The position numbers and the translations under genes were made by a program. 64,000 nucleotides of DNA, taken from positions 66,340,001 through 66,404,000 of the forward strand of contig OZ024743.1 of NCBI GenBank assembly GCA_964016885.1, read 5' to 3'. The stretch comes from Eledone cirrhosa (lineage: Eukaryota). How positions within the stretch are numbered: position 1 is the stretch's first letter; the number at the start of each line of letters is the position of its first letter. Shown here one piece after another: positions 33,049 to 46,830 of this stretch. Under the pieces are notes generated by a model that saw only the letters and a list, made by a program, of their open reading frames with translations, searched no databases and was not told where the DNA came from.

Positions 33049-33489
33049 ATATGTCAATCAATTTCTAGTTGATATATATATATATATATTTACTCAGTCA
33101 AAGTCGTTAGAGTGTCGGATTAAATGTCTCGGTAATTGTTCCGGCTCAATGTGCTTTGAGTTCAAATCCTGCCAAAGTCAACTCTGATCTTCGCCATATC
33201 GGGTTCGATAAATAGCACAACAGTCTAAGGGTGGGACGGAATTGTCCAAGCGTCAAACAGGATATAGCTGGCGGTAAAAATGAGTTGTACCAGTAATTTA
33301 AGGAGATTCGGCTTTGTTACACACTCCGTCACACTGAATCTCTATGTGAAATACGTTATCGCAACACGGGTACGTTACGTCCACTGGCAGACTCTTCAGA
33401 TGATCAAATCACCTGAGAAGATTATCGAAACCAGCTGAAGTCCAACAGCATCGGGCTGAGCAACCTTTTAGTATTGTATTGGGCTATCT

Positions 33490-34230
33490 TATGAGGATTC
33501 TTCTCGGGAGGGTCCTCATACACTCCTTCCAGCGGATCCTGTGAGAAGAAAACGTTTCCAACTGATCCGGCTGGATTTCCAAGTGAGACCAGCCGAGTTC
33601 ATGGATGTTATCCAACCATCTTGCTCAGGGTCTACCGCTGGATGGATCTCCTGCCGGTTTGTTTTGCCCGGAAAATCTGTCCAGCTATTCTTTCTTGAGA
33701 CATTCTAACCACATGCTCATAGTATCGGCGTTATGATCTCTGAATTCGGAGAAGTAGGTGCTCTAGCTGTAATGAATCTCTGATCTCCGAGCTACGCACT
33801 CTATCGAGTAACATTGCTGCAAAGACCCTTCGGAGGAATCCCATTTCGACCGGTTGTATTCGCAATCGTATTTTTTCGGTCATTACCCAAGATTCATGAC
33901 CATAGGTAAGGGTTGGCAGGAATACAGAATTGAAGATAGCAAGTTTGAATTGTACACCTACCTCCCTTCTTCTGATTACCGAATGCTGAAGCGGGTGCAT
34001 TACTGCCCAGGCTACTGTAATTTTTTGGACTTAATTTAGTCTCCTGCCTTCCACCACTCGTGAACACGGCCCCAAGATACTTAAACTCCACCTGCTTCAG
34101 AACGCACTGCATAAGCTTCCTTGAGATGATGAGTGTCTCAGTTTTCGCTGTACTGGATTTCATTCCAACTATACAACACTCAGTATTAAATCTATCAAGT
34201 GGAAGGATTGTTACCTTCGTGAATCGTCTA
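33490..34230 (-). mobile_element. RTE-clade LINE 3' fragment (end of RT)
   Basis: FKYLGAVF; FLPTLTYGHESWVMTEKIRLRIQPVEMGFLRRV..LDRVRSSEIR. Confidence 0.88.
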
Positions 34231-34502
34231 TTCTGTATAGGATAGATGAACTGTTTACTAATGTTTTCCCATATACGTTTGGTTACGCTGTGCCATATAG
34301 TGCACAGATATATCTCCCAGGTAAAATTGCATTTTGATCTGGTGAAAGTCCACGGTGTCATGGGGTTCCTGCTTTGTTTTTCTAGGAACTTTATTGATCC
34401 TAATAAATCACCTAGAACTCATACAAAAAATAAACAAACACGACACGAGGAACTGTAAACCAGTCGTGCTTTTAATATAAGGTTTAAAGGAAGTCCTGTG
34501 CT

Positions 34503-34551
<49 letters not shown>

Positions 34552-34777
34552 AACACTCAAGAAACACATGCACGCACACATGCAAACGCAAATATATACA
34601 TCTATATATATATATATCCAGAGAAAGATAGATAAAGAGAGAGTCAGACATGTGCATATATGGGCAGATAAACAGCTAAATAGATACACACACACACACA
34701 CATTTTAAATCATGATAACACGTTCCAACACAAACATATGCTTATACACGTGGTTTTCCTGTATTTTTTGAATCAAT

Positions 34778-34927
<150 letters not shown>

Positions 34928-35669
34928 AGATTTGAATGGATACAGTTTAGTTGAAAGGAATTTATTGACACGTGTTTCTATAACAGTTACATAACCTAAA
35001 ACAGCTATCTACAAACTTTTAGTTATGCAGACATTCAATATTTCAATGTTATTATTTACTGTCATTTCATCAGAATAATATTACTGAGGACCTATTTAGT
35101 TTTTATAGAGAATATTAGGAGGGAGGGGTGAAGTTGTTAGAAGAATAGTTGAAGGAGTGGTTTTTCGATAGCAGTGAGAATTCTTGGTGGCAGTGAGTAA
35201 TTAGATTCCCATCTGTTGTTTTGACATTTTTTATAGAATATATTATTGGTTATTTTTCTAAATCTATAGAAGGATTAGAGATAGTGAAGATATGCGTGGT
35301 TGGTTTTGTGTTTGCACTTAATTAACATTCAGACTTAAATTTTTCTTTCAAGTGTACGTATCCTTTCACCCACGCATTCACACACAAATATATTTGCACA
35401 CCTCTACAAAATACATATACACACAAGTCACATATTCATACTTACATATATATACACATGCATACACATATATACACACATGTATTTATGTACATACATA
35501 CGCGCTCATGTGTATACATTTTCATACTCAACTTATCTTTATATACACACGTATAGACACACACATATATACATACATACTCTAGTCCATGTGTACACAC
35601 ATACACATACATACACATCCATATACACATATATACATACATATATATACATACACATATATATATATA

Positions 35670-35729
<60 letters not shown>

Positions 35730-36018
35730 TACACATACACACACATACACACATATACATATATATATATATATAAGCACTTTAATACATGAATACACTT
35801 ACATCTAACTATACACATCAAACATATATATATATTTACTTATTTATATACATTTTCACATATATATACATACTTATGGACGTTTTTAGACACATTCATT
35901 ATCGCATATTTGTACCTATTCTCATCAGCATATCTTTTCATTATTAGTATGGTAATTTAAGGTTATTAATATATGTTGAGAAGAGATTGTTTTTATATTT
36001 TTCTAACTAGATTAAGGT

Positions 36019-38061
36019 TTATATAGTTGGGGGATGTCCCTCTTTTATGTAATATTCGGCTTGTAGTGGGAAAAAAAGGGTTTTAGTTCTGTGACGGCAG
36101 AATAATGTTCGTTCAATTCTGTTATTCAGCAGTTTCTTCTTGTGTGTGATTATGTAATAAATCTCAAGATTACACAATTTGCAGAAATTTTGGCTCCTGG
36201 AAAAGCTTTGGGTTTTAGCTAATTTTTCCCATTTTAGGGTAAACTTTTGATCGCTATCCCTGAGCGTCCAAGCTTTTTCTGCTAGAGTTGTTACATTTCT
36301 TTGGCTCTGGTGTTTTATTGAGTAAGAATGCCTATACAATCGAGATTTAAACGTTGTTGCCGTTGATCCCACGTAATACCACTCGTTGCCTCCGGATTTA
36401 ATGGTACACTTATAAATAATATTTTTTTCCAGGCAGTTATTGCCGAGGGGGCAGTTGTCAGGATAGGTGCAGTTACAGTTGTGTACGTTGGGTTTTCTCT
36501 GGAGTAGTATTGCGGACGAACTTAGGTGTGGTTTATTTATGTTCTGTAGTGTATTGTCTACTGTTTTTTTTGTGTTCTTTGTACTTAAGTTCTTAGTGTT
36601 TTCGTTTAACCTTCTAGTATTGATCTTTTTTATGTGTTGTTCAAGGTTTAACGCTGTAGAGTATGACAGTCTTATAGTGGTAGGGTTTAGGATTTTGTGG
36701 TATTTGTGTGATGTGGGAAAATGTCTTTTAATTATTTTAAAGAAGAGTACTGGTAAATTTGTACTAATGGAGCTATTGTATTCGGGGTTATACCATAAGT
36801 ACTCTTTGCATCGCTTTCTATTAGTTTTGTTTGTTGGTTTACTGGTGTGCATACTATGGTAGTAAGTGTGGTTTGGTGTTGTGTTATTATATCTACCTAT
36901 GTGGGATTTATTTTGGGTGTTTTGATTGTTCCCATCTATGTACTCTATTTTGTTGAGGTAGCCTGCTTTACTAAGGGCGTTATCGTAGTACTCGGCGTGT
37001 TCCTTAAATACTTGTATGTTAGAAGATAGACCCGAGATTCTAAGGGAAATATTTTTAGGGATAGATTTAATTATAGAGAAGGGGTGGTTAGACCCAACGT
37101 TTACGTATTTGAGATTTTCATTCAATTTATGAAACGGTTTAATCAAACCAGAGTTTAAATTGAGTGTGACATCCAGGAAGTTAACTACTTTAAGGTTGTA
37201 TTCATATGTTATAGTTAGTCCTATTTCGAGTAGTAGTTTTCTTATATCTTTGCGTAGTTTTTCTAGTTTTTGGTTATTAAGGTTTTTAGCTAGGAGGAGA
37301 ACATCGTCGCGGTATATTCCGCCGTGGAGATTGCTGAATTTTTCCTGGAGTCTAAAGGCGATAAATAACCCCACAATATCAGTTATTTCCGCCGAATCGT
37401 TAGAGCCCATTGTTATGTCAAAGTTAGAGGGTCTATCTTTACGTACCCAATAACTGTTCTCAAATTTGACTATAGTTTTCCTAGCTTCTAATATAATCTT
37501 AATTTCATCGTTTGTAAGGTCAGAGTTATCCTTAGCAAACTTAATGGCTCTATTCAAAGTTTCAGGTGATATCGATGAGTAATATTCATCGATATCAAAC
37601 TGGATAAACTTAGATTTATTCTTATTGCTAATGCTATTAAACCATCTTATTGCTTCCTGGGTCTTCCCCCAGAGTTTAATGTTAACCTTAGCCTTAATTT
37701 GGGGGATGATTCTATCTAAGATATATTTGCTTATTTTACCTATATCTGATTTAGAGGGGCAGATTAATCTAATTTTAGGGTCATTATCAAAGTTTACCTT
37801 GTGGTCCTTAAGATTGAAGGTGGGTACCGCCGGTAAGAGTGGTCCTGTCCTATCTTCGATTCCGAGATTTTTCACTATTTCGCATGCCTCATCATTGATG
37901 TGCTTAAGGGTTACTTCACTCGTTTTTCTATATTTTTTATGTAATTCTTTTCGAATGAAGTTGTTGTATGTAGTGCAATCCATAGTGTACAGGTTTGATG
38001 TTTTGTCCGCTTTTACTACAATTCCTTTGGTGTTTTTAAGGTCGTCCAGTAGTTTTACCAA
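36019..38061 (-). CDS. PLE reverse transcriptase + GIY-YIG endonuclease (680 aa open, N-terminally truncated; Hydra-clade-like)
   Basis: VKADKT, IQFDIDEYYSSI, ITMGS, GIYRDD, NFLDV, SNHP; CNCTYPDNCPL, IIYKC..YYVGST..FKSRLYRH, CKLCNLE, LLN, CRH. Confidence 0.93.
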   Translation of the reverse strand: MVKLLDDLKNTKGIVVKADKTSNLYTMDCTTYNNFIRKELHKKYRKTSEVTLKHINDEACEIVKNLGIEDRTGPLLPAVPTFNLKDHKVNFDNDPKIRLICPSKSDIGKISKYILDRIIPQIKAKVNIKLWGKTQEAIRWFNSISNKNKSKFIQFDIDEYYSSISPETLNRAIKFAKDNSDLTNDEIKIILEARKTIVKFENSYWVRKDRPSNFDITMGSNDSAEITDIVGLFIAFRLQEKFSNLHGGIYRDDVLLLAKNLNNQKLEKLRKDIRKLLLEIGLTITYEYNLKVVNFLDVTLNLNSGLIKPFHKLNENLKYVNVGSNHPFSIIKSIPKNISLRISGLSSNIQVFKEHAEYYDNALSKAGYLNKIEYIDGNNQNTQNKSHIGRYNNTTPNHTYYHSMHTSKPTNKTNRKRCKEYLWYNPEYNSSISTNLPVLFFKIIKRHFPTSHKYHKILNPTTIRLSYSTALNLEQHIKKINTRRLNENTKNLSTKNTKKTVDNTLQNINKPHLSSSAILLQRKPNVHNCNCTYPDNCPLGNNCLEKNIIYKCTIKSGGNEWYYVGSTATTFKSRLYRHSYSIKHQSQRNVTTLAEKAWTLRDSDQKFTLKWEKLAKTQSFSRSQNFCKLCNLEIYYIITHKKKLLNNRIERTLFCRHRTKTLFFPLQAEYYIKEGHPPTI

Positions 38062-38717
38062 CGAGTGGTATTACGTGGGATCAACGGCAACAACGTTTAA
38101 ATCTCGATTGTATAGGCATTCTTACTCAATAAAACACCAGAGCCAAAGAAATGTAACAACTCTAGCAGAAAAAGCTTGGACGCTCAGGGATAGCGATCAA
38201 AAGTTTACCCTAAAATGGGAAAAATTAGCTAAAACCCAAAGCTTTTCCAGGAGCCAAAATTTCTGCAAATTGTGTAATCTTGAGATTTATTACATAATCA
38301 CACACAAGAAGAAACTGCTGAATAACAGAATTGAACGAACATTATTCTGCCGTCACAGAACTAAAACCCTTTTTTTCCCACTACAAGCCGAATATTACAT
38401 AAAAGAGGGACATCCCCCAACTATATAAACCTTAATCTAGTTAGAAAAATATAAAAACAATCTCTTCTCAACATATATTAATAACCTTAAATTACCATAC
38501 TAATAATGAAAAGATATGCTGATGAGAATAGGTACAAATATGCGATAATGAATGTGTCTAAAAACGTCCATAAGTATGTATATATATGTGAAAATGTATA
38601 TAAATAAGTAAATATATATATATGTTTGATGTGTATAGTTAGATGTAAGTGTATTCATGTATTAAAGTGCTTATATATATATATATATGTATATGTGTGT
38701 ATGTGTGTGTATGTGTA

Positions 38718-38755
<38 letters not shown>

Positions 38756-39346
38756 TATATATATATATGTGTATGTATATATATGTATGTATATATGTGT
38801 ATATGGATGTGTATGTATGTGTATGTGTGTACACATGGACTAGAGTATGTATGTATATATGTGTGTGTCTATACGTGTGTATATAAAGATAAGTTGAGTA
38901 TGAAAATGTATACACATGAGCGCGTATGTATGTACATAAATACATGTGTGTATATATGTGTATGCATGTGTATATATATGTAAGTATGAATATGTGAATT
39001 GTGTGTATATGTATTTTGTAGAGGTGTGCAAATATATTTGTGTGTGAATGCGTGGGTGAAAGGATACGTACACTTGAAAGAAAAATTTAAGTCTGAATGT
39101 TAATTAAGTGCAAACACAAAACCAACCACGCATATCTTCACTATCTCTAATCCTTCTATAGATTTAGAAAAATAACCAATAATATATTCTATAAAAAATG
39201 TCAAAACAACAGATGGGAATCTAATTACTCACTGCCACCAAGAATTCTCACTGCTATCGAAAAACCACTCCTTCAACTATTCTTCTAACAACTTCACCCC
39301 TCCCTCCTAATATTCTCTATAAAAACTAAATAGGTCCTCAGTAATA

Positions 39347-39463
39347 TTATTCTGATGAAATGACAGTAAATAATAACATTGAAATATTGAATGTCTGCAT
39401 AACTAAAAGTTTGTAGATAGCTGTTTTAGGTTATGTAACTGTTATAGAAACACGTGTCAATAA
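39347..39463 (+). ncRNA. Hammerhead ribozyme with extended stem II (mirror copy 34962-35078, minus strand)
   Basis: ttatt-CTGATGA-aatgacagt...actgttata-GAAA-cacgt-GTC-aataa; palindrome ACACGTGT. Confidence 0.88.
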
Positions 39464-39661
39464 ATTCCTTTCAACTAAACTGTATCCATTCAAATCTTTC
39501 TATTTTTCTCCGGATTACTTTTGGAACTACAACTGGAACCGTCGAGCAAACTCTACGTGAGCTGATAATCTACTGTGTGTAATATTTATATTACAACACA
39601 ACGGAAAATACTGTATATATATATATATATATATATAATTATATATATATATATATATATA

Positions 39662-39755
<94 letters not shown>

Positions 39756-39756
<1 letters not shown>

Positions 39757-39925
39757 CGAAGGAGGTGTGGTAAGGAACCAGATGGACCGTAACGCACCAG
39801 AGTACTCAATACTTAGGGTAGTAGAGTGGGTAATAGGAAAATGTTTAACGGCTATTTCTGGACTCTGCGTCCAGAAATTGCCATCGAAACGGCTTGAGCT
39901 CTGCCGTCTGTGTTAAACATGTTCA
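39756..39925. mobile_element. (TA)n-flanked pLTR-end element with inversion; HHR 3' half
   Basis: Same family as 11612; cGAAA-cggc ttgagctct gccg-TC forms a full stem III. Confidence 0.75.
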
Positions 39926-39949
39926 TATATATATATATATATATATAAT

Positions 39950-40011
39950 ATAAGATCAAAAGATGGTTAAAGGAGTTCCATATATTTTATTATGCGCATT
40001 TCAAAAACAAA

Positions 40012-40015
<4 letters not shown>
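39950..40015 (-). mobile_element. Tiny pLTR remnant with HHR 3' half between TA tracts
   Basis: Minus strand GAAA-tgcgc-ATA-ataaaa, then ~35 nt to (TA)n. Confidence 0.45.
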
Positions 40016-40042
<27 letters not shown>

Positions 40043-40489
40043 GTAGCATTAGCCTTTTTCCGACCTCTGTCTGTTCCACTGTAAAGCTGTTGCTATCTGA
40101 TCATGTTGTTGGTATTATCATAGACACTGCAACGAGATATACTCCTCTGACGGTTTTATTGATTCAAGTAGTGTGATAGATTGATTTACAACCAATACTT
40201 AACATCCCAAACCAGCTGATTGCTATATTCCCCGGTAACCTTCAACAGGAAACTACACAACTTGTTTCGTCAGGTGTGCCATATTCTATGTAGAGGCTGT
40301 TAGCTGTTGCAATATATCGAGGAGCAAACATTTGCAATATAGTGTCATGGGAAGCTATAACTTATTAGCTTAAGTTGGCAATGCCTCTATATGAAACAAA
40401 CTTTGTTTGTATGGAATGCTCGATTAAGTTCAACCCTAATATCGAAACAAACATTTAGAAAGTGTGTCATATATTAAATTAAGACTTTA

Positions 40490-41150
40490 TTTTTTATCGA
40501 GTCGGCAAGATAAAACTCAAAATTGTTCCCTGCCAGATCTGAACTCACGTTAGGCTCAAGGCCTGCAATTTGAGGGGAAGGGAGGAAAGTCGATTAAATC
40601 GACCCCAGTGCATTACTGGTACTCATTTTATCGACCTCCGTAAGGATGAAAGTCAAAGTTAACCTCGGCGGGATTTGAACTCAGACCGTAAAGGGCCGTA
40701 ACTATGCTGGAAAGCATGGCGTCCGACTCTTTACCGATACTGCCAATCCACCCTAAATAATGCAACGAAGTTTGTTTGCAACGTTTGTTACATCTATAAG
40801 GGTCTTACCATCCTCCTTCCTTTCGTTATGTAACTGCTGGGAGAAGCGTAGGGGCGCCGTTTTGACATATAGCCTTTTTAGAGCACTTTTAAACATGGCA
40901 GAGTCCATACCTCGCAAGGTCTGAATACAACAGATTTCTTCCAGAGAAAACTAGAGAGTGAGGAAATGGAAGTGTGAAAGAGGTATAGAGACAGAATCGA
41001 CCCCAGTACTAGCCTGGTACTTTTTATTTACCTCGAATCGATGAAAGGCAAAGTTGACCTCGACCAGACTTGAACTCAGAGAGCTGAGAGCAGAAAGAAT
41101 ACCGACAACCATTCTCTCCGACGTTCTAATGACTGCTAATTTGCAGTCTT
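40490..41150 (-). mobile_element. SINE copies (~40490-40755 and 40995-41145)
   Basis: aaagttaacctcggcgggatttgaactcaga consensus on the minus strand. Confidence 0.85.
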
Positions 41151-41834
41151 CTAAGGATCTTTACCAGATTTTATAAGCTATTTTACCAGATACTTATAAG
41201 CAACTGACTGTAATTGTAATTATTTTCTGCGCCTAAGCTTCTACATCTTTTAAATATATTTACTCGGAGTTTACTAAGTTAAAAAATTCGAGTTTTACAC
41301 ACGACTTCAGTAAATGGCTTGGCAGATCTATAGTATCGAGACGAACGTAGAGCAATGAACTATATAAGCACTAAGGATATCACCTCTTGTTTTCCTTGTT
41401 ATATATATATATAATAATTGGTGCATGAACGGAGCAAAGTATTCATTAAAACAACACATTTTGGTGGCCCAGTTGTAACATCCGGAGGTATTTCTATCAC
41501 CACTTGACAACTCCTACCTCTTCCACCACGTCTACCAACCCAGAAAGCTAGCCTCAAGTGTCATTTGGGGACCGTTCCCTATCGATATATCACCAAATTA
41601 GTAAGCTGTCTCCGAATCGAATGTTTTATTTCTAGCTTCTACATTTTGTTTTATCTCCTGTTTTATCTCCTATTCTGTTTGGCTTCAACGTAATCCTTTT
41701 ACGTGATTCTGCAAATAATACCTGATAAATTCGCCTTGTCTTGCATCATATTCTGATAATATGATTGAACTAGGCCATTGAAACATGTAAAGTGTTATCT
41801 GATGTTGTTTTAATGTAAATTCCAAAGAGTGCTC

Positions 41835-42000
41835 GATAAGGGTGAAAGCAGCGATTTTTTGCTTAAACTTTATTCTGTTATTTTAATATATATATATATA
41901 TATATATACGATATTAACAAATGGAAACTATATTTATAAAACCATATTTATTTCATTATACATATTTCAATGGTGTGCTTTCATCAGATAAAATATAATA
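41835..42000. mobile_element. Two short-end HHR-family remnants facing each other across one (TA)n
   Basis: 41835-41886 belongs to the 'CAGAAGA' family; 41909-42000 to the 21057 family (minus: ttttat-CTGATGA-aagcacaccatt-GAAA-tatgt-ATA-atgaaa). Confidence 0.8.
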
Positions 42001-42715
42001 TAGAGCAGTTTTATAAATAAATATTGACATACCCTTAAAGAGTGCAACCATTACTGTTGGAAGCTCCCGGATACTATCCGAGAGCTTCCAACAGTAATGG
42101 TTGCACTCATGGTGGTAATGTTGGTGATGATACTGATGTCTGTGGTGATGGTCGTGATAAAGATAGTGGTTGTGATGGATGTGATGGTGGTGCTAGTGAT
42201 GGCGGCGGTGGTGTTGTTGTTAGTGGTAGTGATGTGTCATGGTGGTATAATAGTTTCTTCCCTTTTCTGACACTCTCCATCCGATTTATCAGGTCCATCA
42301 CTAAACATAGCTTGTTGTATAGTTTACATCGTTCTTCTCTAATGCCTTTATTTTCTGTACTCAGTTTAACAGCATTTGTTGCTCTCTATTGGCAAACATT
42401 GAATGTAGGGAGACAGATGTATTGATTTCTATGTATTTACATATTCATTTTATATTTCATTTGCTTTATTTCCATGTCTTCGCTTAGGTAAAGTGATTTG
42501 TCTTAAAAGATTTACGTGGATGTATAGAATCATAAAAAGTAGAGCGATCAGCCATAGATATCCAAATGGGATAAAATGTGTTAAGATAAGTAGAAAGACA
42601 CAGGATTTGATTGGGGAGTAGAAGATGAATATTGAAAGAAAACAAAATCTAAGACACTAAAATATCGAGGAAATTACAATGGAAGGGCCAGCCGTTTAAA
42701 ATTATATTTCAACTT

Positions 42716-42830
42716 TATGTATGTATGTATGTATGTATGTATGTATGTATGTATGTATGTATGTATGTATGTATGTATGTATGTATGTATGTGTATGTAT
42801 CCATTTATGTATGTATGTATGTATGTATGT
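42716..42830. repeat. (TATG)n microsatellite
   Basis: Directly visible. Confidence 0.95.
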
Positions 42831-43319
42831 TTCTAGGGGAAAGCAACTCAGGAAACTGGGATAACTCCGATAGTCACTGATGATGTTGATCTTTTTTTCT
42901 TTTCGGGTTTTAGCTACTGTCGCTCAGAGAGTGGGATTGGCTCAGTGCACAGTCTTTCCTTACTTTAAAAAAATCTTCGCGCACAGGCATTGCAGGATAG
43001 AATTAATTAATAATTACTCAATGGCCATACTCGATAATGAGGGGGCAGCCATCATAATGTATGTATATATGTATGTATGTTCTTCTGGTTTTATAATTTC
43101 ACAAAGTTTTACCAATAGAGAGAGAGAGTCGGTTTCTAACATAGACACAAGACTCTCTCATTGGAATTTACACAACATCAACTAGGTAGATATGTATGCA
43201 TGCAAGTGTAGATATGGATGTTATTGTATTTGTGGATGTGTATGTTTTGAGTTGTATGTGTGCATGTGTGTATGCTTTGCATCTGTACATGTGTATATGC
43301 AGTTATTAGATGCACAATT

Positions 43320-46200
43320 TTTGGAATGTTTTACATATTTTTACTGTTCCATTAATGGATTGTACTTGTAGTTTCATAACTAGTTGTGTTCTTTCTGTTC
43401 CTGTGAAGCCCAGCTTCTCAAGATTTGTATTGAGGCAGTTACTAACATACCCCAGTGCCCAATAATCACAGGCATAAATCTGAAGGTGTAATCAGGGTAG
43501 AGTATCTGCAGATTTCTCATCAGTTTTGCATAAATATTCTCATTTTCACTAATCTTTGATATTATATTGGCATCTGCTGGGCAGCTAATTTCCACTACTG
43601 TGCATGCTTTCTTCTCCCTGTCCCATATCATAATATCTGGTCTGTTATGCCTGCATTTTATTGGGGGTTTTACTGGAACATTCCACCAGTACCCTTTCAT
43701 ATTATGTACATGGATGTCTTCCATATTGCTGTAGCTTTTAATGTGTTTATTATCGGGGCTATCCTTTTTACGAACTGCATTGTACAGTGTTTTGGCCACT
43801 ACATCATGCCTCATAGGTAGAAAGTACCGCCGCGATGACATCTTTGGACAGCTGCTGATGAGATGGGTGATATCCTCGATGTTAATTCTGCAGAGTCTGC
43901 ACTTGTTATCACATCCAGGTGTTTTGCCTGCATCCCTATTTCTTTTGTGAATCAGGTATTTCGTGTTAATCTTCTGTTCATGGATTGCAAAAGCGTATCC
44001 TTCAAAGTGGGAGCCAATATAGCGGTTGTTGGTCCAAGATAGACTACTTTCCTTATCTATATTACTCTCACTCTGGAGCTTCCTGGCAACATATCCATGC
44101 ATGACTTTTTGCTGATAAGCATGCAGTTTTTCATCCATGGATTCACTGTGATACTGCTGAGCGACATCCCTGGGTGTGAGATTTTGATTATTACTCAGGG
44201 AATACCTCTTCAGGAGTTCCTTCCCAACTCCCATGATCTTATCTGTTTCATGCAGATAGACTTGCTCGAGAGACAGGCTCCTACGCTTTGATGTTCGTAG
44301 ATGTTGTCGGAGGGATATGATGCGACATTCAAATGTTGCCTGGACTGATGTTAGGCCTCTGCCTCCCCGATTACGTTTCAAGTAAAGGCGGTCTATGTCA
44401 CTATTGATGTGGAGGTTTCCGGTGTTGTTTAGTATTTTTCGAGTTCCAACATCAACTACTCGGATTCCGTCTATCGTCCAATTGAGTATTCCAAACGTTG
44501 ATGTCAGGACAGGCACAGCAAACACATTGTGAACCACTGTTTTGTTTTGCGCAGAGGGTTCCGATGACCAGATCTTTCTTAATCGGGTGTAGTATTCCCT
44601 GGTTACGCGTTCTTTATTACAGATACCATTATAGGATATGTTCTTATCTATCCCCAGGTATCTATAGCAGTCCTCATCAGATATCGGTGAAACAGTGAGG
44701 CCATTGATGACAATGTTGCTAGATTGGGTTGTTGCTTTTCCCCGCTTTACAGTCATGTATGAGCATTTATCTTGGCCGAACTCCATTCCTATATCCTTTG
44801 AGAACGTTGTAACCAGGTCAAGATTTTTCTTCATCCCATCCATGTTCTTGAGTTTCAGATCGTCCACAAACAAATTATGTGTTAAGTTCGTATTTCTGTC
44901 CTCCTGTGAGCCAATGATGTATCCCTCACATTTATTGAGCAGAAAGGACAAGGGGTTTAATGACAAGATGAATAATATCACAGAGAGACTGTCCCCCTGA
45001 AATATACCCCTGCAATATTTTATTTTATCGGGGAAATAGAGTCCTCCCTCTCTGTCTTTAACCTTAGGATAGTAGCCCAAGAAGAAGACAGCCTCTCTAT
45101 GGCTCTGACTATAATGTCTGGGACTTTAGCAAGCTGGAGAGCCTCTATCATCCAAGAGAGGGAACAGAATCGAAATCTTTCCTGTAGTCCAGCCAGACTG
45201 TAGCCATATTCCTCCTAAGTTGACGTACCTACGACATCGCAGTTTTGTTGATTAGTTGTTCAACACATCCCCAAACCCCTTTCTTTCCAGCTGCTTGGTC
45301 ATCTGTGTTGATGTTATTATTTTCACACTGATCTTGGAGGAATAGGTTCAGGCAGGCTGTATACATCTTATACATCAGGTTCTGGCATGCAATGGGTCGG
45401 TAGTATTTTGCTAAGTGGGTGTATTTGTTCTTGGGGACCAGTAATGCTTTTGCTAATGTCAACCATTCTGGTATAAGTGTATCGCCCTTAAAAGCCTGTT
45501 GGTAGAGGTCAGTAAAATACCTCCGATAGAATATCAGTTTTTTGTACCAGTAACCGACAATGATGTCTCTTCCTGGTGTTTTCTTATCTTGGAGTTTTCC
45601 TATCACAGTCTCAAGGGTACCCTCACTTATTTCGTATGTTTTTGTTGTAGTGTAGGAGCAATAGTTCTTTCGGATTTCTCTTAGCCACACTGCATCTTGG
45701 ATGAAATTTTTCTTTTCACCCAATATTTTGTTCCAAAGGGAATCTATGTCTTTGCCCTTCATATCTCTATAGACTGATGTTTGGTTTCGTCTGAATCTTT
45801 TATTAAGCACTTTTCTCTCATCTACCTTCATCTTGTTTGAGGGTGATCAGCTTATCTTGGAGGGTTCTGGTTCTGCTGTTACCAAATATCGTCTCTATTT
45901 TATTTTTCACTCTTTGTTGGTGAGGAGTGAGGTTTTTTTTGTGTTTGTTTGCATGTATGGAGCATTGTCACATATCCTATGTTTTTCCATAGGTCAGCAA
46001 TCTTTTTTTCTATTTTAGTTATATATGATGGTATGTTTGGTGGTGTTTTGTTCTTGTTAATATCTCTGTTATCACCAAGATAATGCTTCACTCTCGTTGC
46101 AAGGGCATATAAACAGGCGTTGATTTGCCAAAATGTTGGGGTTTTTATCCGTCGTAAATATTCATCCCCTATTTCGATAATAACATGTAATATTTCATTA
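43320..46200 (-). mobile_element. R4/Dong-type non-LTR retrotransposon (RT + restriction-like endonuclease), decayed
   Basis: YRPIAC, GIFQGDSLS, LFVDDLK, YRYLG, GGRGL, CRLC..EDITHLISSC, RHD, HNRPDI, VEISCP. Confidence 0.92.
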
Positions 46201-46439
46201 TTTGATTTTTTATGTATGTATGTATGTATGTATGTATGTATGTATGTATGTATGTATGTATGTATGTATGTATGTATGTACGTATATTATTCGCTTTCTC
46301 TTAATTTTGAGTACATTTTTTACCGGCCACCTTTCTGGTAGCAATGTTGTAAAAGAAAAGAAATTGTCATCCCTTGAATCGCAAGCAGGTTTTGCAAATT
46401 TTGAAAGTGCCAGCTATTTGTAGTCTATGAATAACGGAA

Positions 46440-46830
46440 CTGCGCTTTTTGTCTACAAATCCAATTTTCAGTCATACTTTGGTCAAAGCGGGTTGGTATA
46501 TAACCTGTAGCTTCAATAATAATGGGCATGAAGCTGAAGGGGTATCTTAGATACTGGATCTGCAAATTCCTCATAATGGTCCGTAGATGTCCTCCTTCTC
46601 ATGTATTTTTCTTACAGCCTTGACATCAAGTGGGCAACCGATCTCCTCTACAACAGAGCACGTTTCCAATGTGTGATTCCAAACAAAAATATCAGTCTGG
46701 TTGTGTTTTAATTTGGTGGCAGTTTTTATTTTCAGGTTCCTCCAGTATTCCTTAGTGCCATCTATCTCAACATATTCCTTCACATTTATTTTAATTTTGT
46801 TTTCTTTAATGCGCTCCAGATGGAACAATT
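46440..46830 (-). pseudogene. Second R4/Dong-type REL endonuclease fragment
   Basis: EYWRNLKIKTATKLKHNQTDIFVWN..VEEIGCPLD..KEDIYGPL, homologous to the C-terminus above. Confidence 0.75.

Larger units (their letters stand above)
31690..33073. mobile_element. Fold-back pLTR-end element (arms ~31776-31810 / 33043-33075) enclosing nested repeats
   Basis: atatcaactagaaattgattgacata inverted; left tail has gctcc...gagc-atattcta-cagt; (TA)n on both sides. Confidence 0.6.

Noticed and set aside
37625-38428. 267-aa plus-strand ORF as a separate gene
   Set aside because: It is a chimera of antisense RT sequence and the inverted GIY-YIG copy across the junction at 38059.
40045-40400. Possible host exon (also ~18800-19400 and 19790-19990)
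   Set aside because: Higher-complexity sequence, but with stops in the frames I read and no recognisable domain; a short exon cannot be excluded without RNA data.
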